DNA of 39,499 nucleotides from a virus (Duplodnaviria; Heunggongvirae; Uroviricota; Caudoviricetes): IMG/VR virus record IMGVR_UViG_2563366900_000004; one strand, 5' to 3'. Shown piece by piece: positions 39,254 to 39,499 of this stretch (position 1 is its first letter; each line of letters starts with the position of its first letter). The notes under the pieces were generated by a model. It saw only the letters and a program-made list of their open reading frames with translations, ran no database searches and was not told where the DNA came from. The position numbers and the translations under genes were made by a program.

Positions 39254-39298
39254 ATTGCCTGATTTGCAGGTTCGATTCCCTATTCGGAGATAGCACTC

Positions 39299-39499
39299 AT
39301 GCAACACGAACTACAACCTGATTCACTGGTTGATTTGAAATTCATCATGGCCGATACTGGCTTCGGTAAAACCTTCATCTATGACCGGATTAAGTCCGGC
39401 GACCTGCCAAAAGCCAAAGTTATCCACGGGCGAGCAAGATGGTTATATCGTGACCATTGTGAATTCAAAAATAAGCTCTTAAGCCGCGCCAATGGGTAA
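39299..39499 (+). CDS. xis: excisionase / recombination directionality factor, AlpA/TorI type
   Basis: 66 aa; G..FIYD.I..G.LP....I.GRARW..RD...F pattern of AlpA-family HTH proteins; GGAGA RBS. Confidence 0.8.
   Translation: MQHELQPDSLVDLKFIMADTGFGKTFIYDRIKSGDLPKAKVIHGRARWLYRDHCEFKNKLLSRANG

Larger units (their letters stand above)
1..39499. mobile_element. P22/Sf6-like (CUS-3-like) temperate podovirus genome or prophage, mosaic with lambda-type regulatory, lysis and nin modules
   Basis: Uninterrupted phage gene order from integrase through structural, lysis, replication, immunity and early-left genes to excisionase; no obvious host genes. Confidence 0.9.

Noticed and set aside
39255..39298. 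Possible complete tRNA gene upstream of xis
   Set aside because: Only a 16-nt T-arm-like segment is present; flanking sequence cannot form an acceptor stem or anticodon arm.

Overview
The window reads as a complete, mosaic temperate podovirus genome or prophage (about 39.5 kb) of the P22/Sf6 type, closely resembling the E. coli K1 phage CUS-3. No database search was possible, so all homology calls rest on motifs and on recall of P22, Sf6 and lambda proteins; coordinates of short sites are hand-counted. Layout: a P4/IntS-type integrase at the start and an AlpA/TorI-type excisionase at the end (both +); a minus-strand late block (small and large terminase, portal, scaffold, coat, gp4/gp10/gp26 tail, gp14/gp7/gp20/gp16 ejection proteins, endosialidase-type tailspike); lambda-type Q, pR'/tR' and S-R-Rz/Rz1 lysis; a nin region with RusA; DnaB-like helicase and an O-like initiator with internal iterons; lambda-type cII, N, nutL and nutR around a hybrid cI/cro immunity region; and an early-left block with a RecT-like recombinase. 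The most striking signal is a tract of 14 tandem heptanucleotide repeats immediately after the ATG of an AT-rich hexapeptide-repeat acetyltransferase gene (neuO-like), which in this copy puts the start codon out of frame (phase OFF). This matches the described neuO contingency locus rather than being new. The best candidates for undescribed function are the accessory genes between gp16 and the tailspike: an immI-like region with two Mnt-like repressors, an Arc-like gene, two antirepressor-like genes, a possible sar-like antisense RNA and a divergent HExxH-protein/membrane-protein pair.
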